Source: Brevibacillus phage Sundance
Length of the DNA stretch: 24,000 bases
Reading direction: 5' to 3' (one strand)
Sequence record: NC_028749.1
Shown here: positions 17,208 through 23,758 of the stretch, piece by piece
Position numbering within the stretch: position 1 is the first letter of the stretch
How the letters are laid out: each line of letters starts with the position of its first letter
Program-made: the position numbers and the translations under genes
Notes under the pieces: model-generated
Database searches by the model: none
What the model was told of the DNA's origin: nothing
What the model saw: only the letters and a program-made list of their open reading frames with translations

Positions 17208-17582
17208 TTAACCCTCATCGTCTGACTTTTCTTCTCCATACTCTTCTTTCATCATCTCATCAAAAGTCTGTATTTCTTCAAAGTCGCAATCAGGATTAGT
17301 GCAAGTATATTTATGGGCGTCCCTACCTTTATGAGTTCCTATATAGAAATTTAATTGAAAGCTGTCTTCATATGTTCTGCATATATCGCATTCAAATTCA
17401 TCATGTTCAAAGTGCCATTTATCCATTGGACTATAACACTCCTCCTCTTCTTCATCGTCAATTCTATCTTCAGGAATATGCTTCTTTAAGTACTCATCAA
17501 ATTCTTTGTCCTGCCTTTTAGATTCTTGCTCTTTTTTTCTCATCATTTCTCTTTGCCTTTTAATTGCCTCGTTTATATCCAT
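17208..17582 (-). CDS. Cysteine-cluster protein, 124 aa
   Basis: FECDICRTY...YTCTNPDCDF. Confidence 0.7.
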   Translation of the reverse strand: MDINEAIKRQREMMRKKEQESKRQDKEFDEYLKKHIPEDRIDDEEEEECYSPMDKWHFEHDEFECDICRTYEDSFQLNFYIGTHKGRDAHKYTCTNPDCDFEEIQTFDEMMKEEYGEEKSDDEG

Positions 17583-17741
17583 AAAACTTATTCCTCGCTT
17601 TCAGAATTCCTTTTGAATGTCTTTCAAAGATATTCAAAAGGAGTATAATATCCCTTGCTTGCTTCCAAATATTGCTCTTTTGTTATTTGAATGCATTCAC
17701 CAAAGTAGTCATAGCTAATTTCCCTATGAGCCCTCCGTTAT

Positions 17742-17936
17742 TCATACTCTCGTAGCCTTCATGCGACCACTTTTACCAATGTACTTAATTACAAATTCCG
17801 CACCCAATGAGTCAGTCACAGTTTGACCAATTTGATATTCTCCCTTTTCTACGAAGAAAGTGAATCCTTCCCCTACAATCATTACTGGTGCGTACCCATT
17901 TTCTTCTGCCTTTTTTAAACGTTCCTCATATGTCAT
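17742..17936 (-). CDS. Small hypothetical protein starting MTYEERLKKAEENG
   Basis: GGAGAG RBS; ORF-track start at 17984 less likely. Confidence 0.6.
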   Translation of the reverse strand: MTYEERLKKAEENGYAPVMIVGEGFTFFVEKGEYQIGQTVTDSLGAEFVIKYIGKSGRMKATRV

Positions 17937-18006
17937 TTTTTGCTCTCCATTTCTATCCATTAATTTTGATGCTTTGCATTTCAATTTTCTTTACCATACT
18001 CTTACC

Positions 18007-18045
18007 TCATATATTAATGTAAAACAGAGAGAGAAAATCACACGC
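18007..18045 (-). promoter_or_regulatory. 39-bp element copy
   Basis: TCATATATTAATGTAA-N16-CACACGC. Confidence 0.88.
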
Positions 18046-18057
18046 TTTGAAGAAAAA

Positions 18058-18080
18058 AGGAGTCTAAAGTTTTAGACTCC
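18058..18080 (-). terminator. Rho-independent terminator
   Basis: AGGAGTCTAAA/TTTAGACTCCT perfect 11-bp stem followed on - strand by TTTTTT. Confidence 0.85.
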
Positions 18081-18281
18081 TACGTCTTGCTCTTCGCATG
18101 TCTTTTTTAATTCTCGAATTGCCTGCATATCATTAGAATCAAAATACTTTTCACCACATTGGCTACACTGTGCGCCTTCAACTTTTATGCTAACTACACC
18201 TTGAATTCCTACAGGAACCTCCAATACTTTAGAGGGGACATCTTTGCATCCACACATAACACATTCTTCGATTGTGAACAT
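18072..18281 (-). CDS. YgiT/MqsA-type zinc-finger protein (antitoxin-like), about 69 aa
   Basis: CVMCGCKDV...CSQCGEKYFD then basic helix; MFTIEEC start with AGGAGG RBS. Confidence 0.7.
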   Translation of the reverse strand: MFTIEECVMCGCKDVPSKVLEVPVGIQGVVSIKVEGAQCSQCGEKYFDSNDMQAIRELKKTCEEQDVGV

Positions 18282-18323
18282 TGCTCCCACCTCCTAGCTT
18301 CTATTATAATACATATTGACCAT

Positions 18324-18611
18324 TCAATCAATTACTGTTATAATGATGAGTTTTTCAGGATAATATACAGAAACAACTACAGACCAATCATGTTTTCCCA
18401 TAACTCTATAATTATTTTTTCCATAGTATTGATTCGATTCCCTTTCGTTTGATATGTATGTAGGATTCAAGAGAATCTCAACAATGTCGCGCTTATTAAT
18501 TCTCCTCTCTTCCATTCGTTCTGTTGCATGTCCTGTCTCAATGATTCTTGCTCCATTGTTAATCATGAAAGCAATCGTTTGTAGGATAAGTTTCTCGTTC
18601 AAAGTGTCCAC
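18324..18611 (-). CDS. DUF4258-like protein (toxin-like partner), 95 aa
   Basis: GHATERMEERRINKRDIVEILLNP...YYGKNNYRVMGKHDWSVVVSVYYPEKLIIITV resembles DUF4258; followed by YgiT-type gene. Confidence 0.65.
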   Translation of the reverse strand: MDTLNEKLILQTIAFMINNGARIIETGHATERMEERRINKRDIVEILLNPTYISNERESNQYYGKNNYRVMGKHDWSVVVSVYYPEKLIIITVID

Positions 18612-18628
18612 CCTTCACATTTGATTCT

Positions 18629-18667
18629 TCATATATTAATGTAAATGACAACAAGAAAATCACACGC
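18629..18667 (-). promoter_or_regulatory. 39-bp element copy
   Basis: TCATATATTAATGTAA-N16-CACACGC. Confidence 0.88.
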
Positions 18668-18718
18668 TTGTGTTAAATTATTTCACAAGTTGAATTTGTC
18701 AAACAATTTAACACAAGA

Positions 18719-18753
18719 AGCTCACACCTCTATTATCTCATGAGGTATGAGCT
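18719..18753 (-). terminator. Hairpin downstream of 18771..19142
   Basis: AGCTCACACCTC / GAGGTATGAGCT; the single mismatch is a G-U wobble only in minus RNA. Confidence 0.5.
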
Positions 18754-18770
18754 TTCGGCAATTCTTATTC

Positions 18771-19142
18771 TTACTCTTCAATTATAAAATCATCATTTTC
18801 TAGTTTGGTTAACAATTGGTCAACAGCACATTCATAACCAAACCAAGCAAACCAGTTACGAATGTCACCTTCTGGAATTTTTGGTTGTATACTAGTTTGT
18901 TCAATATACTCAAAAAATGCTTTTTCGATTTCTTCAATATATTCCAAAAAGAAAGCATGTGTATCATGATAGTAAACTAAACCAGATACAGCACCAGACA
19001 CACAACCATATGTGTGAACATCTTCCAGCCAAGTCTGTGCGTCTTCTCCTTCATTTAGCGCATCATCAATGACACGATTAATCAGTCTGTTATCGCTTTG
19101 ACTTTTAATTGCTTCCAATTTCTTTGTGATTGTGATTTCCAT
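18771..19142 (-). CDS. Phage protein, 123 aa
   Basis: ORF; IRNWFAWFGYECAVDQLL motif recurrent in phage proteins (recalled). Confidence 0.75.
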   Translation of the reverse strand: MEITITKKLEAIKSQSDNRLINRVIDDALNEGEDAQTWLEDVHTYGCVSGAVSGLVYYHDTHAFFLEYIEEIEKAFFEYIEQTSIQPKIPEGDIRNWFAWFGYECAVDQLLTKLENDDFIIEE

Positions 19143-19168
19143 TTTTTATCTATCCTTTCATTTATCTT

Positions 19169-19207
19169 TCATGTATTAATGTAAAGTTTAGACTCAAAAA
19201 CACACAC
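19169..19207 (-). promoter_or_regulatory. 39-bp element copy
   Basis: TCATGTATTAATGTAA-N16-CACACAC. Confidence 0.85.
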
Positions 19208-19220
19208 TTTTAAAAAAGAA

Positions 19221-19247
19221 AAAGTGCAAACCATTGGTTTACACTTT
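19221..19247 (-). terminator. Rho-independent terminator
   Basis: AAAGTGCAAACCA/TGGTTTACACTTT arms followed on - strand by TTTTTCTTTTTT. Confidence 0.8.
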
Positions 19248-19350
19248 ACACGTCAAGCCCATACTTCTTACACTTTCTATGACTCTCAGCATGCCTCAAA
19301 AAAATAAGTTCTTTCTGTTTTTCGTCAAGCTTGCTAAACTTAACTTCCAT
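19246..19350 (-). CDS. Short ORF, 34 aa (MEVKFSKLDEKQKELIFLRHAESHRKCKKYGLDV), not in ORF track
   Basis: AGGTGA RBS; stop overlaps a terminator. Confidence 0.6.
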   Translation of the reverse strand: MEVKFSKLDEKQKELIFLRHAESHRKCKKYGLDV

Positions 19351-19412
19351 TAATCATAATCACCTCACATGTTATCGTAATTGAATAATAGAACTTACAC
19401 CTCCAATTAAAA

Positions 19413-19590
19413 TTCTAAGATGAACCAACAAAGCACACAAGAAAGAAGGAAAGGGAAAGGGAAAAACTTCCTTATGTGCTTTGTTCAATCATCTTAGAAA
19501 GTCTAACAAGGAAGCCCAAAGGAAAGGGGTAGGGTTAGGGTAGGGTAAACCTTTGGACCCCCTTGTTAGAAGCCAATCGTAATTGGCTTC
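19413..19590 (-). ncRNA. Candidate structured non-coding RNA or structured DNA site (three consecutive large hairpins)
   Basis: 19413-19441 pairs with 19471-19499; 19502-19511 with 19561-19570 enclosing 19516-19522 with 19550-19556; 19569-19577 with 19582-19590. No convincing ORF across it. Confidence 0.5.
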
Positions 19591-19614
19591 ATCTATTACC
19601 ACTCACTTCCCATA

Positions 19615-19665
19615 TCAGATTGTTATAACAATATTTTTTTTGGCTTTTGTTTTACATTCATTCAT
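19615..19665 (-). CDS. Very short ORF, 16 aa (MNECKTKAKKNIVITI); the frame is open up to 19737
   Basis: Weak; open frame only. Confidence 0.2.
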   Translation of the reverse strand: MNECKTKAKKNIVITI

Positions 19666-19729
19666 AAACTCTTGCAAGATTTGCGAAAAAGTTTTATCTG
19701 TATTATTTTGAGTCTTTGTTTGTGTGTTG

Positions 19730-19768
19730 TCATACATTAATGTAAAACAGACACACAAAAACACACAT
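19730..19768 (-). promoter_or_regulatory. 39-bp element copy
   Basis: TCATACATTAATGTAA-N16-CACACAT. Confidence 0.85.
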
Positions 19769-19769
19769 A

Positions 19770-20189
19770 TTAAGAAATTCTTTTCATAACTTTGAATGTT
19801 TCGTACTCAAAAGCCTTGTTACATTGTGTTTCATTAAACCCACATGCTTTCAAAACATCATGGCAACCTCTTGTTCCTTCACCATGATATCCACCTGATA
19901 CGCCTTTTAAAATGATTCTGTAACCATCAGCATGGTAAAGACTTAGTGTGTAGTGGTGAAGTGTTGTATATGTCAATTTAGCACAATAGACTTTATTCAT
20001 ATCAATATTTTTACGCAATACATTAAAAAAGCGCAAACTGTTCCGAGTACTACCCCAACCGTCAGTGTATGACCATTCAGTTAATATTTTTACACCACGG
20101 TTCAAGTCATTGCGTAATGTCATTGTTTTAATCCCTTGCGTTTGTTCCCAATGAGAGGAGTCTAAGTAAAAGTATTTTGGCTTGTCCAT
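19770..20189 (-). CDS. Hypothetical phage protein, 139 aa
   Basis: ORF track. Confidence 0.7.
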   Translation of the reverse strand: MDKPKYFYLDSSHWEQTQGIKTMTLRNDLNRGVKILTEWSYTDGWGSTRNSLRFFNVLRKNIDMNKVYCAKLTYTTLHHYTLSLYHADGYRIILKGVSGGYHGEGTRGCHDVLKACGFNETQCNKAFEYETFKVMKRIS

Positions 20190-20218
20190 TTAATTCACCT
20201 TTCTTTTTATTTCTTCCT

Positions 20219-20257
20219 TTATAATATAATGAAAATATTTTTTTAAAAATTATTTTT
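20219..20257 (-). promoter_or_regulatory. Degenerate 39-bp element (TTATAATATAATGAAA-N16 ending AAAAAT, CACACGC block lost)
   Basis: 11/16 match in first block with same geometry. Confidence 0.35.
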
Positions 20258-20468
20258 CTTTTGGGAATATTGCTTGTTGAACGATAGAACGAACGAAAGT
20301 CATTTCGCCCACTTTCCAGCTAGGCAAGACTTGCTTCATTGTCGTCCATCCGACAGGCTCACCAATATGTCTAGCATATTGCAATGCGATTTCGTCATTG
20401 CCTCCCTTTGTTGTTGAATCATCATATCCGATGAATAGCCCAGATTTGGTAAGAAACACCAACTTCAT
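20250..20468 (-). CDS. Small phage protein starting MKLVFLTKSGLFIGYDDS
   Basis: AGGTG RBS; ORF-track extension passes through a 39-bp element. Confidence 0.65.
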   Translation of the reverse strand: MKLVFLTKSGLFIGYDDSTTKGGNDEIALQYARHIGEPVGWTTMKQVLPSWKVGEMTFVRSIVQQAIFPKEK

Positions 20469-20490
20469 TATATCACCTGCTTCTATTCCT

Positions 20491-20529
20491 TCATATAGTA
20501 ATGTAATTTTCACAGCCAAATTCACACGC
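20491..20529 (-). promoter_or_regulatory. 39-bp element copy
   Basis: TCATATAGTAATGTAA-N16-CACACGC. Confidence 0.88.
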
Positions 20530-20553
20530 TGAATTATTTTTTCAGCATGCGAA

Positions 20554-20577
20554 TTTGAGTGTGAAAACACACTCAAA
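20554..20577 (-). terminator. Hairpin overlapping stop of 20573..20818
   Basis: TTTGAGTGTG-AAAA-CACACTCAAA perfect 10-bp stem; no U-tract. Confidence 0.45.
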
Positions 20578-20818
20578 TAAATTCGTTCAAGTCAAGACGT
20601 AATTTGCCTACATTGAAAACAATTTTATCAGTTAAATATTTCAGTTTAACGAAAAAGAAGTCACGCTTTTCACCATTGGTTACGTAGCCAAACACTTTAT
20701 CGTCTATCCCATATTCAACATGACAAACAGATACACCACTTAAATTTGTTAAGTTGGTACTTGCCATGACTTTTAATTCTCCATTGTTATATTTTTCAAT
20801 CAATTGTTGCTTATTCAT
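20573..20818 (-). CDS. Small hypothetical protein, 81 aa
   Basis: ORF with GGGGAAGG RBS region. Confidence 0.65.
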   Translation of the reverse strand: MNKQQLIEKYNNGELKVMASTNLTNLSGVSVCHVEYGIDDKVFGYVTNGEKRDFFFVKLKYLTDKIVFNVGKLRLDLNEFI

Positions 20819-20845
20819 ACTACCTTCCCCTTTCGTTATTTAGCT

Positions 20846-20884
20846 TCATATAGTAATGTAAATGAAGTATATAAAAACACACGC
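20846..20884 (-). promoter_or_regulatory. 39-bp element copy
   Basis: TCATATAGTAATGTAA-N16-CACACGC. Confidence 0.88.
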
Positions 20885-20924
20885 TACAAAGGATTATTTT
20901 TTTATAGTGTGTCTTTATATAAAG

Positions 20925-21551
20925 TTAGACTGCAATTCTTCCATCAACAAAAAATTCCCATTCATTGATTTCGCATATTTCTATGAAATTTCCTTCTGAA
21001 TAATATGTTTGCATATCTTTTTCACATGCCAAAAGCCACCCATTAAGACATTCGTACATCAATTCTTTAAATGTCGTATGTTTGCATGGTTTTTTAAGGA
21101 AATCATAAATAGGTTTCAAAATAGATTCATCCATATAATAACCTGTTAAGACGCAAGACGTTTCAAATGTTACTTTTGAGTATCTTTGTTTTAACTTGCC
21201 TATATTTGGATTGTTTAAGCTTTTTTCTTTCTTGCTCCAAAGAGAATAATACTTTCCTTTGAAAAGTTGATTGTAATAATTGTTGTAGATATATGTAGCA
21301 AGACGAACGCCTGTCATTTCTTCTATTTCATCACTTTCAAGAAATGTAAAGCTGATATGACTGCCACAACCGCTATAATACCAAGTATCAACTTTGATTG
21401 GGAATATGGTTTCAAAAACATTTAGCGTCTTTTCATTTTCCTCACTGGGAAGATATTCACTATCGCACCATTCATGTAAGGCTTTTGCTTTTGCCTTGTT
21501 ACTTAATTCGTCATAGTTATAAATACCAACCTTAATCGTTCTCATGTTCAT
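20925..21551 (-). CDS. Phage protein, about 208 aa (MNMRTIKVGIYNYDELSNKAKAKALHEW...)
   Basis: ORF-track start 21689 would read through the 39-bp element; ATG at 21551 follows GGGGAAA. Confidence 0.75.
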   Translation of the reverse strand: MNMRTIKVGIYNYDELSNKAKAKALHEWCDSEYLPSEENEKTLNVFETIFPIKVDTWYYSGCGSHISFTFLESDEIEEMTGVRLATYIYNNYYNQLFKGKYYSLWSKKEKSLNNPNIGKLKQRYSKVTFETSCVLTGYYMDESILKPIYDFLKKPCKHTTFKELMYECLNGWLLACEKDMQTYYSEGNFIEICEINEWEFFVDGRIAV

Positions 21552-21575
21552 TTCCCCTTTTTTCCTTTTTGTCTT

Positions 21576-21614
21576 ACATATATTAATGTAAAGTTGAACA
21601 AGAAAAACACACGT
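21576..21614 (-). promoter_or_regulatory. 39-bp element copy
   Basis: ACATATATTAATGTAA-N16-CACACGT. Confidence 0.86.
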
Positions 21615-21667
21615 TAAAATAAAATATTTTAGTATACCATTTGAAACTGAATAAGGGGAATGACGAA

Positions 21668-21997
21668 TCATTCCCCTGTAAAATACCATGTAATTAGTTC
21701 ATCATCTGTATGATGGTACATAACTTCCACTTTCAAGCCTACCATTTTCTTATAGGCGTTCAGTTTATCTTTGCTGTATGTATCTAGGCTCCAATCAAGA
21801 ACCCATTCACCGCCTTCGGCATCTTTTTCAGATACAAGCCAATAGGCTCCATTCTCATAAATAACATTAGCAATTAGGACTTGCTTATAAGCTAAGTCAT
21901 GTACGTTTTTAATCGGTGTAACAGGTTTGCAAGCGTATACGCTAGATGCACCAAACAGGATAGTTAATGTAAAAACTAAAGAGAGAATTTTTTTCAT
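21668..21997 (-). CDS. Secreted protein with N-terminal signal peptide (MKKILSLVFTLTILFGASSVYA)
   Basis: Basic-hydrophobic-VYA signal sequence; ORF-track extension passes through the element. Confidence 0.75.
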   Translation of the reverse strand: MKKILSLVFTLTILFGASSVYACKPVTPIKNVHDLAYKQVLIANVIYENGAYWLVSEKDAEGGEWVLDWSLDTYSKDKLNAYKKMVGLKVEVMYHHTDDELITWYFTGE

Positions 21998-22011
21998 ATT
22001 GTTCGTTCCCT

Positions 22012-22050
22012 TCATATAATAATGTAAAACAACGTGAGAAAATCCCACGT
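22012..22050 (-). promoter_or_regulatory. 39-bp element copy
   Basis: TCATATAATAATGTAA-N16-CCCACGT. Confidence 0.85.
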
Positions 22051-22063
22051 TGTTCCGAACCTT

Positions 22064-22336
22064 TTATGCAGATTTAAAGTAGCCTTCTTTATACCATGCT
22101 GGACATTCTTCCTTGTTTTTGTATTGCGCATAATAACGAGCAGATGAATAGTAGGGTTTTTTAGAAGTGATATTGACATATTTCATATCAGAACGATTAT
22201 TTGCGTTTTCTGCGACTGTGCATGCTTCATAGTAGGAATCGCACTCGAAAACTAGTTTGTTGATTCTTCCACTTGCTCTACCCCAACCAGACATAAATTT
22301 GTCAGTCATTGTTACATAGTATTTTCTGTTTTCCAT
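22064..22336 (-). CDS. Small phage protein, 90 aa
   Basis: ORF track. Confidence 0.7.
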   Translation of the reverse strand: MENRKYYVTMTDKFMSGWGRASGRINKLVFECDSYYEACTVAENANNRSDMKYVNITSKKPYYSSARYYAQYKNKEECPAWYKEGYFKSA

Positions 22337-22363
22337 TGTTTAATTTCCCCTTTCGATTATCCT

Positions 22364-22402
22364 TCATTTATTAATGTAAAGTTGAACTATAAAATCACAC
22401 GT
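22364..22402 (-). promoter_or_regulatory. 39-bp element copy
   Basis: TCATTTATTAATGTAA-N16-CACACGT. Confidence 0.86.
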
Positions 22403-22421
22403 TTGTGTTAAAAAATACTAC

Positions 22422-22592
22422 CTAAATTCTTTCCGCCATATATTCAAAGTGGTCTATCTCTTCTATTTCTGCCTCATAACCATGTTCAGTCATTAGCCAC
22501 ATTTCTATGCTTGAAAAAGAGCCTTTCGCGCTATGGAGAAAAATTCCCCTGTTAGTAATAACGCGAAAATATCTTGCTGGAATTTTTCTCAT
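22422..22592 (-). CDS. Small protein, 56 aa (MRKIPARYFRVITNRGIFLHSAKGSFSSIEMWLMTEHGYEAEIEEIDHFEYMAERI), not in ORF track
   Basis: Read from sequence; GGAG RBS directly after the 39-bp element. Confidence 0.65.
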   Translation of the reverse strand: MRKIPARYFRVITNRGIFLHSAKGSFSSIEMWLMTEHGYEAEIEEIDHFEYMAERI

Positions 22593-22606
22593 AGCTCAAT
22601 ATCTCC

Positions 22607-22645
22607 TCATATAGTAATGTAAAATTGAATCAAGAAATCACACAT
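22607..22645 (-). promoter_or_regulatory. 39-bp element copy
   Basis: TCATATAGTAATGTAA-N16-CACACAT. Confidence 0.86.
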
Positions 22646-22678
22646 AAATTATTATTTTTTTATTTTGCTTTGGTGAAT

Positions 22679-23317
22679 CTACTCTCGCATATATGCTTGT
22701 AATTTGAATTCAATGCGCTTGTAAATGCGGTCGCATCTTTGCCCCATGATAATATCAATATCCCTCTTCTTGGTATCTTGCATCATAAGAGAAAGAACTT
22801 TCTTCTCTGTCTCGCTGAACATTGAAGCTATGTCAACGCGCTCATTGATTTTATCAGCAAAATTTCCTGCAATTGACTTTTCTTGAATAGTGCGAACATC
22901 TTTTCTATTTTGGACTGCCTTCATCCCTTTAATGACTGTTTCTTTTCTGGTATATGTAACAGTTAAACGCTTTTCGCGTGTGTAACTGATTTCTTTTTCA
23001 TTTCTAGTGTAGCTAATAGTTTGTTCTGTAATGCTCTCATAACTGTCTTCGATTTCAATTTGCTCTGTATCCCATAAGGGAGCAAGTCGTTTTAAACGAT
23101 TTACTTCATTGCGTGTAATGTTTTGAATAGTATAGTAGATAGTTGTATATGGATTTCCTTCTACTTCCATTCTGCCTTCCATTGCTTTGACGAACACCTC
23201 ATTGACAATATCTTCATAAGACATAACTGCTGATAGTCCAAGGCGTGAAGCAATTTGTTTCTTAGCCATTTTCTCAACTGCTTTAATGTTTGCGGTCAAA
23301 AATTCAACTGTTTTCAT
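22679..23317 (-). CDS. Sigma-70-like RNA polymerase sigma factor-like protein, 212 aa, with internal SYTR/TYTR repeats
   Basis: Region 2-like LSYEDIVNEVFVKAME...YTTIYYTIQNITRNEVNRLKR and C-terminal FSETEKKVLSLMMQD... region 4-like segment. Confidence 0.55.
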   Translation of the reverse strand: MKTVEFLTANIKAVEKMAKKQIASRLGLSAVMSYEDIVNEVFVKAMEGRMEVEGNPYTTIYYTIQNITRNEVNRLKRLAPLWDTEQIEIEDSYESITEQTISYTRNEKEISYTREKRLTVTYTRKETVIKGMKAVQNRKDVRTIQEKSIAGNFADKINERVDIASMFSETEKKVLSLMMQDTKKRDIDIIMGQRCDRIYKRIEFKLQAYMRE

Positions 23318-23378
23318 AATTTTAATTTCCCCTATTCCTTTTTTATTTGGCTTTCGTTACAACCTGTTCCCTAGCAGG

Positions 23379-23513
23379 CTATCGAACAATAATGTTTCGG
23401 TCTAGCTTTACCATATCGTATTTTGTAAGTGCTACACCTTGCATAACAATCTGTCTTTGCTTTGGCTTCTGCTGTTGTTTGTAAACCATTTCTAGTTTTT
23501 CTTGGAGTGACAT
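23379..23513 (-). CDS. Short ORF, 44 aa (MSLQEKLEMVYKQQQKPKQRQIVMQGVALTKYDMVKLDRNIIVR), not in ORF track
   Basis: GGAG RBS; preceded by a promoter-like sequence. Confidence 0.55.
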   Translation of the reverse strand: MSLQEKLEMVYKQQQKPKQRQIVMQGVALTKYDMVKLDRNIIVR

Positions 23514-23564
23514 TTTTTGTTTTTCTCCTTTTGTTTTTGTTTTGTGTTCGCTTTGCTTAACTTA

Positions 23565-23593
23565 ATGATAAGCCCCAAATAAAGTACAGTCAA
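23565..23593 (-). promoter_or_regulatory. sigmaA-like promoter TTGACT-N17-TATCAT
   Basis: Direct reading of minus strand about 50 bp upstream of the 44-aa ORF. Confidence 0.6.
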
Positions 23594-23643
23594 TAAAAAT
23601 ATTTATTCATTTTTCCTTTAATATAATTGAGAAAAATGAAAAG

Positions 23644-23679
23644 ACACACCAAACAAAAAATAAATTTTTGTAGGTGTGT
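23644..23679 (-). terminator. Hairpin ACACACC...GGTGTGT (inner CAAAAA/TTTTTG), T-rich downstream on - strand
   Basis: Inverted repeat between a 39-bp element and the next promoter. Confidence 0.45.
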
Positions 23680-23719
23680 TCGACTCGTCAGGCATTGAAT
23701 TATAAGGGACGAAACGACT

Positions 23720-23758
23720 TCATATATTAATGTAAAACAGACACACAAAAACACACGC
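23720..23758 (-). promoter_or_regulatory. 39-bp element copy
   Basis: TCATATATTAATGTAA-N16-CACACGC. Confidence 0.88.

Noticed and set aside
19569-19593. Peptide MKPITIGF encoded on the minus strand within hairpin C as an arbitrium-like signal
   Set aside because: Weak RBS, no signal sequence and no adjacent AimR-like receptor; palindromic coding is more likely incidental to the hairpin.
11315-23758. CRISPR array made from the repeated 39-bp element
   Set aside because: Copies are hundreds to thousands of bp apart, only two blocks are conserved, and each lies upstream of a gene; no cas genes.
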